Of a stretch of 41,337 nucleotides of DNA, positions 32,002 through 41,337 are shown piece after piece; the first letter of the stretch is position 1; the number at the start of each line of letters is the position of its first letter. Below the pieces are notes generated by a model. That model was not told the origin of the DNA, ran no database searches, and saw only the letters and a list, made by a program, of their open reading frames with translations. The position numbers and the translations under genes were made by a program. Origin of the DNA: an uncultured Cellulomonas sp. Lineage in GTDB: Bacteria; Actinomycetota; Actinomycetes; Actinomycetales; Cellulomonadaceae. The stretch spans positions 1 through 41,337 of the forward strand of contig CAZBIO010000028.1 of assembly GCA_964491965.1 (NCBI GenBank). Reading direction: 5' to 3'.

Positions 32002-34053
32002 ATGGACCTCCAGCCCTTCCTCCACACCCTGCACGCCGCCATCCACGCGCCGACGCAGGCGTGGTCGGCCGCGGACGGCCAGATCCGCGGCCTGGGCGCC
32101 GAGGGCGTCTACCACGCCGACGTTCGGGTGCTCGCCGAGGCGGTGGTGACGATCGGCGGGGCCGAGCCGGAGACCGTCGAAGCCTCACCCGTCGGCGGGA
32201 ACCAGGTGCACGTGGTCGCCGCCGTGCGCGCGGTCGACGCCCCCGGCGCCGATCCGACCGCGCGCCTCGACCGCGTGACGACCGTGGGCCCCCACGAGCT
32301 GACCGAGGTGCTGCGCATCAGCTGCTCCACCGCCGAGCCGGTGGCCGGCCACGTCGTCGTGCGACTGCGCCCCGACGCCACGGGGATGGAGCTGGTCAAG
32401 GGCGGCCGGAGCGGGACCGTGCCACCGGTTCGCCTGGCGGCGGGCGGGGCGGCGTGGACGTCGCACAGTGTCGAGGTGGCGCTCGAGGCGCCCGGCGCGC
32501 AGCTGTCGGCTAAGGACGACCACCTGCTCGCGCAGTGGGACGTCGAGGCCCGCACTGGCGAACCCACGCAGGTGACCTGGAACCTGCGGCTGTCCGAGCG
32601 GGACCCGGTGGTCACCGCGCCCGCGCGCCCGCAGTCCGAGTGGTCGGTCCCGACGATCTCGTCGGCCGACTCACGCCTGGCGCCCTTCGCGGCGCAGGCC
32701 CTCGCCGACCTGGGGCTGCTGCGGATGACGGCCGCGTTCGCGCCCGACGACGTGTTCATCTGCGGTGGTGCGCCGTGGTTCTTCACGCTCTTCGGCCGGG
32801 ACGCGCTGTGGGCCGCGCGGATGCTGCTGCCCCTCGGCACGGAGCTCGCCGGGACCACGCTGCGCACCCTCGCCGCGAAGCAGGGCGCCCGCACCGATCC
32901 GGAGACCGCGGAGCAGCCGGGCAAGATCCTCCACGAGGTGCGCCGGTCGCAGGTCGACTTCGACGCGGGCTTCCGGCTGCCGCCCGTGTACTACGGCACG
33001 ATCGACGCCACGGCGTTGTGGGTGTGCCTGCTGCACGACGCGTGGCGCTGGGGCATGCCGGACGACGAGGTCGTGCCGCTGCTCCCGGCGTGCGAGGCCG
33101 CCCTGGCGTGGATGGCCGACTCCGGCGACGCCGACGGCGACGGCTTCATCGAGTACATCGACGAGACCGGCCGCGGCCTGGCCAACCAGGGCTGGAAGGA
33201 CTCCGGCGACTCGGTGCAGTGGCGCGACGGCAGGCTGGCCACGGGCACGATCGCCCTGTCCGAGGTGCAGGGCTACGCGTACGAGGCTGCGGTGGGTGGG
33301 GCCGCCCTCCTGGACGCGTTCGGGCGCCCGGGGGCGGACCGGTGGCGGGAGTGGGCGGCCGGGCTGGCGGACCGGTTCCGGCGGTCGTTCTGGGTGCACG
33401 ACGAGTCCGGCGACTACCCGGGCATCGCGCTGGACGGCGAGAAGCGCCTCGTCGACACGGTGACGAGCAACATGGGTCACCTGCTCGGCACCGGCATCCT
33501 CTCGGCCGACGAGGAGGACGTGGTCGCGGCGCGGCTGGTGCGTCCCGACATGTCCTCCGGCCGTGGGCTGCGGACGATGTCGACGCAGTCGGCCGGCTAC
33601 TGGCCGCTGCGTTACCACGGCGGGACGGTGTGGCCCCACGACACCGCGATCGCCGTGACCGGCCTGGCCCGCACCGGGCACGACGAGGCCGCGGCGACGC
33701 TCGCCGACGGCCTGCTGACCGCCGCGATGGACTTCGACTGGCGGCTGCCGGAGCTGTGGTCGGGCGACTCGCTCGACGAGGCGCCGCGCAGCGTGCCGTA
33801 CCCGGCGGCGTGCCGCCCCCAGGCGTGGTCCGCGGGCTGCGCGGTCGCCGTGCTGGCGGCGGAGCTGGGCCTGGCCGCCGACGTGCCCGGGGGAGTCCTG
33901 CGGGTGCACCCCGCCCGGACCGCCGCGCGCCCGCTCGACGTGCGCGGCCTGCGGCTTGCGGGCCGCCCGCTCGACGTTCACCTCCACCGCGACGACACCG
34001 TCGAGGTCCACACGGACGCGCCGGTGTCGGTCCATGTGGTGGGGGCGTCCTGA
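32002..34053 (+). CDS. Amylo-alpha-1,6-glucosidase / glycogen-debranching-enzyme-like glycoside hydrolase
   Basis: [68 protein letters not shown]. Confidence 0.88.
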   Translation: MDLQPFLHTLHAAIHAPTQAWSAADGQIRGLGAEGVYHADVRVLAEAVVTIGGAEPETVEASPVGGNQVHVVAAVRAVDAPGADPTARLDRVTTVGPHELTEVLRISCSTAEPVAGHVVVRLRPDATGMELVKGGRSGTVPPVRLAAGGAAWTSHSVEVALEAPGAQLSAKDDHLLAQWDVEARTGEPTQVTWNLRLSERDPVVTAPARPQSEWSVPTISSADSRLAPFAAQALADLGLLRMTAAFAPDDVFICGGAPWFFTLFGRDALWAARMLLPLGTELAGTTLRTLAAKQGARTDPETAEQPGKILHEVRRSQVDFDAGFRLPPVYYGTIDATALWVCLLHDAWRWGMPDDEVVPLLPACEAALAWMADSGDADGDGFIEYIDETGRGLANQGWKDSGDSVQWRDGRLATGTIALSEVQGYAYEAAVGGAALLDAFGRPGADRWREWAAGLADRFRRSFWVHDESGDYPGIALDGEKRLVDTVTSNMGHLLGTGILSADEEDVVAARLVRPDMSSGRGLRTMSTQSAGYWPLRYHGGTVWPHDTAIAVTGLARTGHDEAAATLADGLLTAAMDFDWRLPELWSGDSLDEAPRSVPYPAACRPQAWSAGCAVAVLAAELGLAADVPGGVLRVHPARTAARPLDVRGLRLAGRPLDVHLHRDDTVEVHTDAPVSVHVVGAS

Positions 34054-34118
34054 CCGGTGTCATACAGTTGACGGCCGAGCATCGGCGCGGTGCCGGGCCG
34101 TCACCGGGGGAGGTGGAT

Positions 34119-36002
34119 GTGGGTCTGCTCGACGCGATCCACTCGCCCGCGGACGTGCGGCGCCTCGCGCCGCGCCAGCTGGGCGCCCTGGCCGGCGAGA
34201 TCCGCCACTTCCTTGTTGCGCAGGTCTCCCGGACCGGCGGGCACCTCGGCCCCAACCTCGGCGTGGTGGAGCTGACGATCGCGATCCACCGCGTGTTCGA
34301 CTCGCCGCGGGACACGATCGTCTTCGACACCGGCCACCAGGCCTACGTCCACAAGCTGCTGACCGGGCGCACCGACTTCACGCAGCTGCGCAAGAAGGGC
34401 GGCCTCTCCGGGTACCCGAACCGCGCCGAGTCGGTGCACGACGTCCTGGAGAACTCCCACGCGTCGGCGGCCCTGAGCTGGGCGGACGGCATCGCCAAGG
34501 CGCACGAGCTGCGCGGTGAGCCGTACCGGCACGTCGTCGCGGTGGTCGGCGACGGTGCGCTGACCGGCGGCATGGCCTGGGAGGCGCTCAACAACATCGC
34601 GGCGGGTGCGGACCGCCGGCTCGTCGTCGTCGTCAACGACAACGGCCGCTCCTACGCGCCGACGATCGGCGGGCTGGCGCGGCACCTCGACGCGCTGCGC
34701 ACCACGCGCAGCTACGAGAGCGTGCTGTCCTGGGGCAAGTCGACGCTGCGGCGCTCCGGCCCGCCCGGCCGGCTGGCGTACGAGGCGCTGCACGGGCTGA
34801 AGAAGGGCGTCAAGGACGTCCTGGCGCCGCAGGGGATGTTCGAGGACCTGGGGCTGAAGTACGTCGGCCCGGTCGACGGGCACGACGAGCGCGCGGTGGA
34901 GCAGGCGCTGCGGCGGGCGAAGGCCTACGGCGGGCCGGTGATCGTGCACGTCATCACCGAGAAGGGCCGCGGCTACACGCCGGCGGAGCAGGACGTCGCC
35001 GACCGGTTCCACGCGGTGGGCCAGATCCACCCCGAGACCGGGCTGCCCGTGGCGCCGTCGCGGTTCGGGTGGACGGGCGTCTTCGCCGACGAGATCGTCC
35101 GGATCGGCCACCGCCGGCCGGACGTGGTTGCGATCACGGCCGCGATGCTCCAGCCGGTGGGCCTCGCCCCGTTCGCCGAGGCGTTCCCGGAGCGCGTGTT
35201 CGACGTCGGGATCGCCGAGCAGCACGCGGCCGCGTCGGCCGCGGGGATGGCGTTCGCCGGGCTGCACCCCGTGGTCGCGGTCTACGCGACGTTCCTCAAC
35301 CGGGCGTTCGACCAGGTGCTGATGGACGTCGCCCTGCACCGCGCGGGCGTGACGTTCGTGCTGGACCGCGCGGGCCTGACCGGCGACGACGGCGCGAGCC
35401 ACAACGGGATGTGGGACCTGGCGATGCTCGCCAGCGTCCCTGGCCTGCGCCTGGCCGCGCCGCGCGACGAGGCCACGCTGCGGGCGGCGCTGCGGGCCGC
35501 GGTCGACGTCGACGACGCGCCGACCGTGGTGCGCTATCCCAAGGGTCCGCTGCCCGAGCCGGTGCCGGCGCTGGAGGACCGCGACGGTGTCGACGTGCTG
35601 GCCCGCCACGAGGGCGCCCTGGGCGCGCAGCGCGTGCTCGTCGTCGGTGTCGGCGCGACGGCGCCGACGGCGCTGGAGACGGGTCGCCTGCTCGCCGCGC
35701 ACGGCCTGGCGGTGACCGTGGTGGACCCGCGCTGGGCGCTCCCGGTGCCGGCGGCGCTGGTCAAGTTCGTCGGCGAGCACGACCATGCGGTCTGCCTCGA
35801 GGACGGGCTGGTGGACGGGGGAGTCGGGGCGATGCTGGCCCAGCGCGCCCGCGAGCAGGGCGTCCTCGCACCGGTCCAGGCCTTCGGCATCCCGCGGGCC
35901 TTCCTCCCGCACGCGAGCCGCGACGAGCTGGTGGACCTGCTGCGGCTGCGCCCGCACGACGTCGCGGCGGACGTGCTCGCGGCCCTCGAGCCGGGCCGCT
36001 GA
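34119..36002 (+). CDS. dxs: 1-deoxy-D-xylulose-5-phosphate synthase
   Basis: [64 protein letters not shown]; GGAGGTG RBS. Confidence 0.96.
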   Translation: MGLLDAIHSPADVRRLAPRQLGALAGEIRHFLVAQVSRTGGHLGPNLGVVELTIAIHRVFDSPRDTIVFDTGHQAYVHKLLTGRTDFTQLRKKGGLSGYPNRAESVHDVLENSHASAALSWADGIAKAHELRGEPYRHVVAVVGDGALTGGMAWEALNNIAAGADRRLVVVVNDNGRSYAPTIGGLARHLDALRTTRSYESVLSWGKSTLRRSGPPGRLAYEALHGLKKGVKDVLAPQGMFEDLGLKYVGPVDGHDERAVEQALRRAKAYGGPVIVHVITEKGRGYTPAEQDVADRFHAVGQIHPETGLPVAPSRFGWTGVFADEIVRIGHRRPDVVAITAAMLQPVGLAPFAEAFPERVFDVGIAEQHAAASAAGMAFAGLHPVVAVYATFLNRAFDQVLMDVALHRAGVTFVLDRAGLTGDDGASHNGMWDLAMLASVPGLRLAAPRDEATLRAALRAAVDVDDAPTVVRYPKGPLPEPVPALEDRDGVDVLARHEGALGAQRVLVVGVGATAPTALETGRLLAAHGLAVTVVDPRWALPVPAALVKFVGEHDHAVCLEDGLVDGGVGAMLAQRAREQGVLAPVQAFGIPRAFLPHASRDELVDLLRLRPHDVAADVLAALEPGR

Positions 36003-36032
36003 CCAGCGGCCGCGCCGCCGCCCGCCGGCACA

Positions 36033-36076
36033 GGGACGATAGTCCTGAGACATCCCATGAATTTGGGCGATACCGT
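36033..36076 (+). promoter_or_regulatory. DosR/DevR-like box, CATCCCATGA element and -10 upstream of the first PFL homologue
   Basis: GGGACGATAGTCCT (12/14 match to GGGACTWWAGTCCC), CATCCCATGA at 36051-36060, TACCGT at 36071-36076. Confidence 0.6.
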
Positions 36077-36112
36077 CATGACCAGGGAAGACGTGTACCT
36101 AGGGGAGTGACG

Positions 36113-38377
36113 ATGGCCCAGACTGTGCCTGCGCGCGATGCGGGGGACACCCTGCCGGGCTCCTGGTTGGGTTTCGTCGGCGGGCCGTGGCTGGACGACG
36201 TCGACGTGCGCGACTTCATCCAGCGCAACTACACCCCGTACACCGGCGACGCCGAGTTCCTCGCCGGCGCGACGGAGCGCACCCGCGCGCTGTGGGCGAA
36301 GGTCGACGGGCTGATCGCGGCGGAGCGCGACGGCGAGTACCGGGTGGACCCGACGACGCCCTCGCGCATCACGTCGCACGCACCCGGTTACGTCGACCGC
36401 GAGGCCGAGCTGATCGTCGGCCTGCAGACCGACGAGCCGCTCAAGCGCGCGATCATGCCGAACGGCGGCTGGGTGGCCGTCCGGGAGGCGCTCGAGGAGC
36501 ACGGCTTCGCGGCGCCGCATGGGCTCGACGAGGTGTTCACCACGTACCGGCGCACGTTCGGCGACGGCGTCGGCGACGCCTACCCGCCGGCGGTCCGGGC
36601 GGCTCGCGCGGCCGGCGTGATCACGGGGCTGCCGGACGACTTCGGCCGCGGCCAGATCATCGGTGACTACCGCCGGGTCGCGCTGTACGGCACCGACGCG
36701 CTCGTCGCCGCCAAGCGGCTCGAGCGGGACACCCTCGACATGGAGCGGTCCACCGAGGAGGTGATCCGCGACCGCGAGGAGTTGGCCGAGCAGATCCGCG
36801 CGCTCGGTGAGCTGGCGGCCATGGCCGCGTCCTACGGGTGCGACGTCACACGCCCCGCGGCCACCGCGCGCGAGGCGGTGCAGTGGCTCTACCTCGGCTT
36901 CCTCGCGGCGCTCAAGGAGCAGAACGGCGCCGCGATGTCGCTCGGCCGCACGTCGACGTTCCTCGACGTGTACCTCCAGCGCGAGCTGGTGACGGGCCGC
37001 CTGACCGAGGAGCAGGCGCAGGAGCTCGTCGACGACCTGGTGATCAAGCTGCGGATGGTGCGCTTCCTGCGCACAACCGCCTACGACGAGGAGTGCGCCG
37101 GCGAGCCGACGTGGGTCACCGAGACCATCGGCGGGATGGGCGAGGACGGCCGCCCGCTGGTGACCAAGACGTCGTTCCGCTTCCTCAACACGCTCTACAC
37201 GCTCGGCGCCGGCCCGGAGCCCAACCTCACCGTGCTGTGGAGCGAGCGGCTGCCGCGCGGCTTCAAGGAGTTCTGCGCGCAGGCGACGCTCGACACGTCG
37301 GCCGTGCAGTACGAGTCCGACGAGCTGGTGCGCACCGCGTGGGGCGACGACGCGGCGATCGCGTGCGCGGTCTCCCCGATGCGCGTCGGCAAGCAGATGC
37401 AGTTCGTCGGCGGGCGCGTCAACCTCGCCAAGGCGCTGCTGTACGCGATCAACGGTGGGCGCGACGAGGTGACGGGGCGGCAGGTCGCGCCGATCAGCGC
37501 GCCGGTCGCCGGCGAGGTCCTCGACTACGACGAGGTGCTGGCCAAGCTGGACCGGACGCTCGACTGGCTCGCCGAGACGTACGTCGACGCCCTCAACTGC
37601 GTGCACTACATGCACGACAAGTACGCCTACGAGCGCCTGGCGATGGCGCTGCACGACCGCACGGTGCTGCGGACGATGTCGTGCGGAGTGGCCGGCCTCT
37701 CGGTGGTCGCGGACTCGCTGTCGGCGATCAAGCATGCGTCGGTGCACGCGCTGCGGACCACCGACGGCCTGGTCACCGAGTTCGCCGTCGTCGGCGACTA
37801 CCCGTGCTTCGGCAACGACGACGACCGCGTCGATGACATCGCGGCCGACCTGCTGCGCTCCTTCATCGCGAAGGTGCGCCGCCAGCCGACGTACCGCAAC
37901 GCGCTGCACACGCAGTCGGTGCTGACCCTGACCTCGAACGTCAGCAACGGCCGGATCACGGGCTCCACGCCGGACGGCCGGCGCGCGGGGGAGCCGCTGG
38001 CGCCGGGTGCCAACCCGGTGAACGGCCGGGACACGCACGGCATGCTGGCGTCGGCGCTGTCGGTGGCCAAGCTGCCGTACACCGACGCGCAGGACGGCGT
38101 CTCGCTGACCTCGTCGATGCTCCCGGGGGGCCTCGGCCGGACGCGGGAGGAGCGGCTGGCGAACCTCGTCGGGCTCCTCGACGCCTACATGCTGTCCTCC
38201 GGGTACCACCTCAACCTCAACGTCCTCGACCGGGACACCCTGCTCGACGCGATGGAGAACCCGGACAAGTACCCGCAGCTGACCATCCGGGTGTCCGGGT
38301 ACGCGGTGAACTTCGTCCGGCTGACGCACGAGCAGCAGCTCGACGTGCTCTCGCGAACCTTCCACGGCGCGGTGTAG
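36113..38377 (+). CDS. Pyruvate formate-lyase-like glycyl radical protein with non-canonical active site (754 aa)
   Basis: [64 protein letters not shown]; but IACAVSP in place of IACCVSP. Confidence 0.9.
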   Translation: MAQTVPARDAGDTLPGSWLGFVGGPWLDDVDVRDFIQRNYTPYTGDAEFLAGATERTRALWAKVDGLIAAERDGEYRVDPTTPSRITSHAPGYVDREAELIVGLQTDEPLKRAIMPNGGWVAVREALEEHGFAAPHGLDEVFTTYRRTFGDGVGDAYPPAVRAARAAGVITGLPDDFGRGQIIGDYRRVALYGTDALVAAKRLERDTLDMERSTEEVIRDREELAEQIRALGELAAMAASYGCDVTRPAATAREAVQWLYLGFLAALKEQNGAAMSLGRTSTFLDVYLQRELVTGRLTEEQAQELVDDLVIKLRMVRFLRTTAYDEECAGEPTWVTETIGGMGEDGRPLVTKTSFRFLNTLYTLGAGPEPNLTVLWSERLPRGFKEFCAQATLDTSAVQYESDELVRTAWGDDAAIACAVSPMRVGKQMQFVGGRVNLAKALLYAINGGRDEVTGRQVAPISAPVAGEVLDYDEVLAKLDRTLDWLAETYVDALNCVHYMHDKYAYERLAMALHDRTVLRTMSCGVAGLSVVADSLSAIKHASVHALRTTDGLVTEFAVVGDYPCFGNDDDRVDDIAADLLRSFIAKVRRQPTYRNALHTQSVLTLTSNVSNGRITGSTPDGRRAGEPLAPGANPVNGRDTHGMLASALSVAKLPYTDAQDGVSLTSSMLPGGLGRTREERLANLVGLLDAYMLSSGYHLNLNVLDRDTLLDAMENPDKYPQLTIRVSGYAVNFVRLTHEQQLDVLSRTFHGAV

Positions 38378-38387
38378 GCAGGTTCGC

Positions 38388-39263
38388 ATGAGCACGACGA
38401 ACGACGGGGCGCCCGTCGTCCCGCTCGGCACGCCGCTCGTCGGCGGCTCGACGCACCGCACCGCCGGGCAGGGCACGCAGGGCCTGGTGGACGTGGACCT
38501 GGAGCGGCCCGAGCGGCTGGCGCGCGTGCGCACCGGCGAGCTGGGGTCGGTGCACTCCTGGGAGCTGGTCACGGCGGTGGACGGCCCCGGGACGCGGATG
38601 ACGCTGTTCCTCGCTGGCTGCCCGCTGCGCTGCCTGTACTGCCAGAACCCCGACACGCTCGAGATGCGGCGGGGGACCGACGTCGAGGCCGACGAGGTGC
38701 TGCGGCGCATCGGCCGGTACCGGGGCGTCTTCCGCGCGACGGGCGGCGGGCTGACGATCTCGGGCGGCGAGCCGTTGATGCAGCCGGCCTTCGTCGCGCG
38801 CGTGTTCCGCGGCGCGAAGGAGATGGGCGTCCACACGGCGATCGACACGTCGGGGTTCCTCGGCGCGGCGGCGAGCGACGCCCTGCTCGACGACACCGAC
38901 CTGGTGCTGCTCGACGTCAAGAGCGGCCTGGAGCAGACGTACACCCGGGTGACCGGTGCCCAGCTGGCGCCGACCCTGGCGTTCGGCCGCCGGCTGGCGG
39001 ACCGCGGCGTGGCGATGTGGATCCGGTTCGTGCTGGTGCCGGACCTGACGGATGCCTGGGACAACGTCGAGGCCGTCGCGGACTACGTGGCGACGCTGGC
39101 GACCGTGCAGCGCGTCGAGGTGCTCCCGTTCCACCAGATGGGCCGCGACAAGTGGGAGTCCCTCGGCATGCGCTACGAGCTGGCGGAGACCGAGCCGCCG
39201 AGCGTCGAGCTCGTCGAGCGCGTGCGGGGCCAGTTCCGCGCCCGCGGCCTGGAGGTGCACTGA
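38388..39263 (+). CDS. pflA: Pyruvate formate-lyase activating enzyme (radical SAM)
   Basis: VDGPGTR, GCPLRCLYCQNPDT (CxxxCxxC), GLTISGGEPLMQ, HTAIDTSG, VLPFHQMG. Confidence 0.95.
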   Translation: MSTTNDGAPVVPLGTPLVGGSTHRTAGQGTQGLVDVDLERPERLARVRTGELGSVHSWELVTAVDGPGTRMTLFLAGCPLRCLYCQNPDTLEMRRGTDVEADEVLRRIGRYRGVFRATGGGLTISGGEPLMQPAFVARVFRGAKEMGVHTAIDTSGFLGAAASDALLDDTDLVLLDVKSGLEQTYTRVTGAQLAPTLAFGRRLADRGVAMWIRFVLVPDLTDAWDNVEAVADYVATLATVQRVEVLPFHQMGRDKWESLGMRYELAETEPPSVELVERVRGQFRARGLEVH

Positions 39264-39280
39264 CCCAGTCGTGGGATGTT

Positions 39281-39298
39281 TTGTGATGGACATCACAA
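39281..39298. promoter_or_regulatory. Rex (or CRP/GlxR-type) operator
   Basis: TTGTGATGGACATCACAA, an 18-bp palindrome TTGTGA-N6-TCACAA in an AT-rich intergenic region before pflB. Confidence 0.8.
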
Positions 39299-39327
39299 GG
39301 CGTCCGACCTGCGTATTCCTTGGACAT

Positions 39328-39369
39328 GGGACCTTTGGGCAAAGTCATCCCATGACCCACTCGTAGGGT
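39328..39369 (+). promoter_or_regulatory. DosR-like half box, CATCCCATGA element and -10 upstream of pflB
   Basis: GGGACCTTTGGGCA, CATCCCATGA at 39346-39355, TAGGGT at 39364-39369. Confidence 0.55.
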
Positions 39370-39394
39370 GGGTGTCGACCCAAGGAGGAGCGCA

Positions 39395-41337
39395 ATGACC
39401 ATCACGGAGCTTCCCGGCGTAGGCACCCACGACGTGGCCTGGGACGGGTTCGCGGAAGGCCCCTGGACCGAGACCATCGACGTCCGGGACTTCATCCAGC
39501 GCAACTACACGCCGTACGTGGGGGACGCGTCGTTCCTCGCCGGTCCGACCGCCAAGACGCTCCGCACGTGGGACACCCTCGAGCGCGAGTACCTGTCCGT
39601 CGAGCGCGCCCGCCGCGTGTACGACGTCGACACCCATACCCCCGCCGACGTCGACGCGTTCCCCGCCGGCTACATCAGCGCCGACGACGACGTGATCGTC
39701 GGCCTGCAGACCGACGTGCCGCTCAAGCGCGCGATGATGCCGAACGGCGGCTGGCGCATGGTCGAGACCGCGCTCGCCGAGGCCGACAAGGAGGTCGACC
39801 CGCAGGTCAAGCGGATCTTCACCCAGTACCGCAAGACGCACAACGACGCCGTCTTCGACGTCTACACCCCGCGCATCCGCGCCGCCCGCTCGTCGCACAT
39901 CATCACCGGACTGCCGGACGCGTACGGGCGCGGCCGCATCATCGGCGACTACCGCCGCGTCGCGCTGTACGGGGTCGACGCGCTGATCGCCGCCAAGCAG
40001 GCGGACAAGGACTCCCTTGCCGACCGGCCCTTCAGCGAGCACTGGGCCCGCTACCGCGAGGAGCACGCGGAGCAGGTCAAGGCGCTGAAGAAGCTCAAGA
40101 AGCTCGGCGACATCTACGGCCTGGAGCTGGCCCGCCCGGCGCGGACCTTCGCCGAGGCCGTGCAGTGGACGTACATGGGCTACCTGGCGAGCGTGAAGAG
40201 CCAGGACGGCGCCGCGATGAGCATCGGCCGGCTGTCGTCGTTCTTCGACGTCTACGCCGAGCGTGACCTGGCCGCCGGCACCCTGACGGAGGAGGCGGCG
40301 CAGGAGATCATCGACGCGCTGGTCATCAAGCTCCGCATCGTCCGGTTCCTGCGCACCATCGACTACGACCAGATCTTCTCTGGGGACCCCTACTGGGCCA
40401 CCTGGAGCGACGGCGGCCTCGGCGAGGACGGCCGGACGCTGGTGACCAAGACGTCGTTCCGCCTGCTCCAGACGCTGCGCAACCTCGGCCCGGCGCCCGA
40501 GCCGAACATCACGATCTTCTGGGACGAGTCGCTGCCCGAGGGCTACAAGGACTTCTGCGCCGCGATCTCGATCGAGACGTCCGCGATCCAGTACGAGTCC
40601 GACGAGCAGATCCGTTGCCACTGGGGCGACGACGCCGCGATCGCGTGCTGCGTGTCCCCGATGCGGGTCGGCAAGCAGATGCAGTTCTTCGGGGCCCGCG
40701 TCAACGCCGCCACGTCGCTGCTCTACGCGATCAACGGCGGCCGGGACGAGATGTCCGGGAAGCTCGTCGTGCCCGGCCACGAGCCGGTGGCCGGCGACGA
40801 GGCGCTGGACTTCGACGACGTCTGGGCCAAATACGACGCGATGCTCGACTGGGTGACCGCCACGTACGTCGAGGCGCTCAACATCATCCACTGGAGCCAC
40901 GACAAGTACGCCTACGAGGCCGTGGAGATGGCGCTGCACGACGACGAGATCGTCCGGACCATGGGCTGCGGCATCGCGGGCCTGTCGATCGTCGCGGACA
41001 GCCTGTCGGCCATCAAGTACGCCAAGGTCTACCCGGTGCGCGACGAGACCGGCCTCGTGGTCGACTACGTCACCGAGGGCGAGTTCCCCGTCTACGGGAA
41101 CGACGACGACCGCGCCGACGAGCTCGCGTCGCTGGTGGTGACGACGGTGATGGACAAGATCCGCCACCTGCCGATGTACCGCGACGCCGTCCCGACGCAG
41201 TCGGTGCTGACCATCACGTCCAACGTGGTGTACGGCAAGGCGACGGGCTCGTTCCCGTCGGGTCACCAGAAGGGCACCCCGTTCGCGCCGGGCGCCAACC
41301 CGGAGAACGGGATGGACACGCACGGCATGGTCGCCTC
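39395..41337 (+). CDS. pflB: Pyruvate formate-lyase (formate C-acetyltransferase), canonical; 3' end runs off the window
   Basis: Absent from the ORF track. AAGGAGGAG RBS, ATG 39395: MTITELPG...[62 protein letters not shown] (TGCTGC 40646-40651), QFFGAR, LTITSNVVYG. Confidence 0.95.
   Translation, partial: MTITELPGVGTHDVAWDGFAEGPWTETIDVRDFIQRNYTPYVGDASFLAGPTAKTLRTWDTLEREYLSVERARRVYDVDTHTPADVDAFPAGYISADDDVIVGLQTDVPLKRAMMPNGGWRMVETALAEADKEVDPQVKRIFTQYRKTHNDAVFDVYTPRIRAARSSHIITGLPDAYGRGRIIGDYRRVALYGVDALIAAKQADKDSLADRPFSEHWARYREEHAEQVKALKKLKKLGDIYGLELARPARTFAEAVQWTYMGYLASVKSQDGAAMSIGRLSSFFDVYAERDLAAGTLTEEAAQEIIDALVIKLRIVRFLRTIDYDQIFSGDPYWATWSDGGLGEDGRTLVTKTSFRLLQTLRNLGPAPEPNITIFWDESLPEGYKDFCAAISIETSAIQYESDEQIRCHWGDDAAIACCVSPMRVGKQMQFFGARVNAATSLLYAINGGRDEMSGKLVVPGHEPVAGDEALDFDDVWAKYDAMLDWVTATYVEALNIIHWSHDKYAYEAVEMALHDDEIVRTMGCGIAGLSIVADSLSAIKYAKVYPVRDETGLVVDYVTEGEFPVYGNDDDRADELASLVVTTVMDKIRHLPMYRDAVPTQSVLTITSNVVYGKATGSFPSGHQKGTPFAPGANPENGMDTHGMVA

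Noticed and set aside
32535-36002. 1155-aa ORF suggesting a fusion to Dxs
   Set aside because: The upstream part is a shadow frame over the glycosidase gene; Dxs starts at GTG 34119 after an RBS.
35069-38377. 1102-aa ORF suggesting a long N-terminal extension on the PFL-like protein
   Set aside because: The extension is an off-frame, Arg/Gly/Pro-rich read through dxs; PFL similarity and the GGGGAG RBS point to ATG 36113.

Overview
Very GC-rich actinobacterial chromosomal window; gene content and order suggest Micrococcales, possibly Cellulomonadaceae-like (inference). 1-20.4 kb is conserved core: topoisomerase IV-type subunit A (partial), Pat-type acetyltransferase, DUF5998, alkaline-phosphatase-family protein, tdk, sepH, suhB, DUF4193, DUF3093, dut, DUF3710, OB-fold, DUF3159, two trkA, an APC permease, a TRAM RNA methyltransferase and acnA with a TamR-like operator. 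20.4-34 kb is accessory: a decayed lipoprotein serpin, an ABC-2 exporter, a REP/MITE-like inverted repeat, Nudix-GATase-guaB1, DUF4126, a LexA-boxed DUF222/HNH gene, a sugar ABC transporter whose binding protein has an amber stop, and a debranching-type glycosidase. dxs follows, then an anaerobic locus. The main finding is in that locus: two pyruvate formate-lyase homologues flank one activase. The second is canonical (Cys-Cys). The first keeps the glycyl-radical loop but has a remodelled active site (Cys-Ala, Arg176-equivalent to Gln, Phe327-equivalent to Cys, Phe432-equivalent to Val). Both share an identically spaced upstream motif (GGGAC-N13-CATCCCATGA). All calls were made by eye from motifs; no searches were run.
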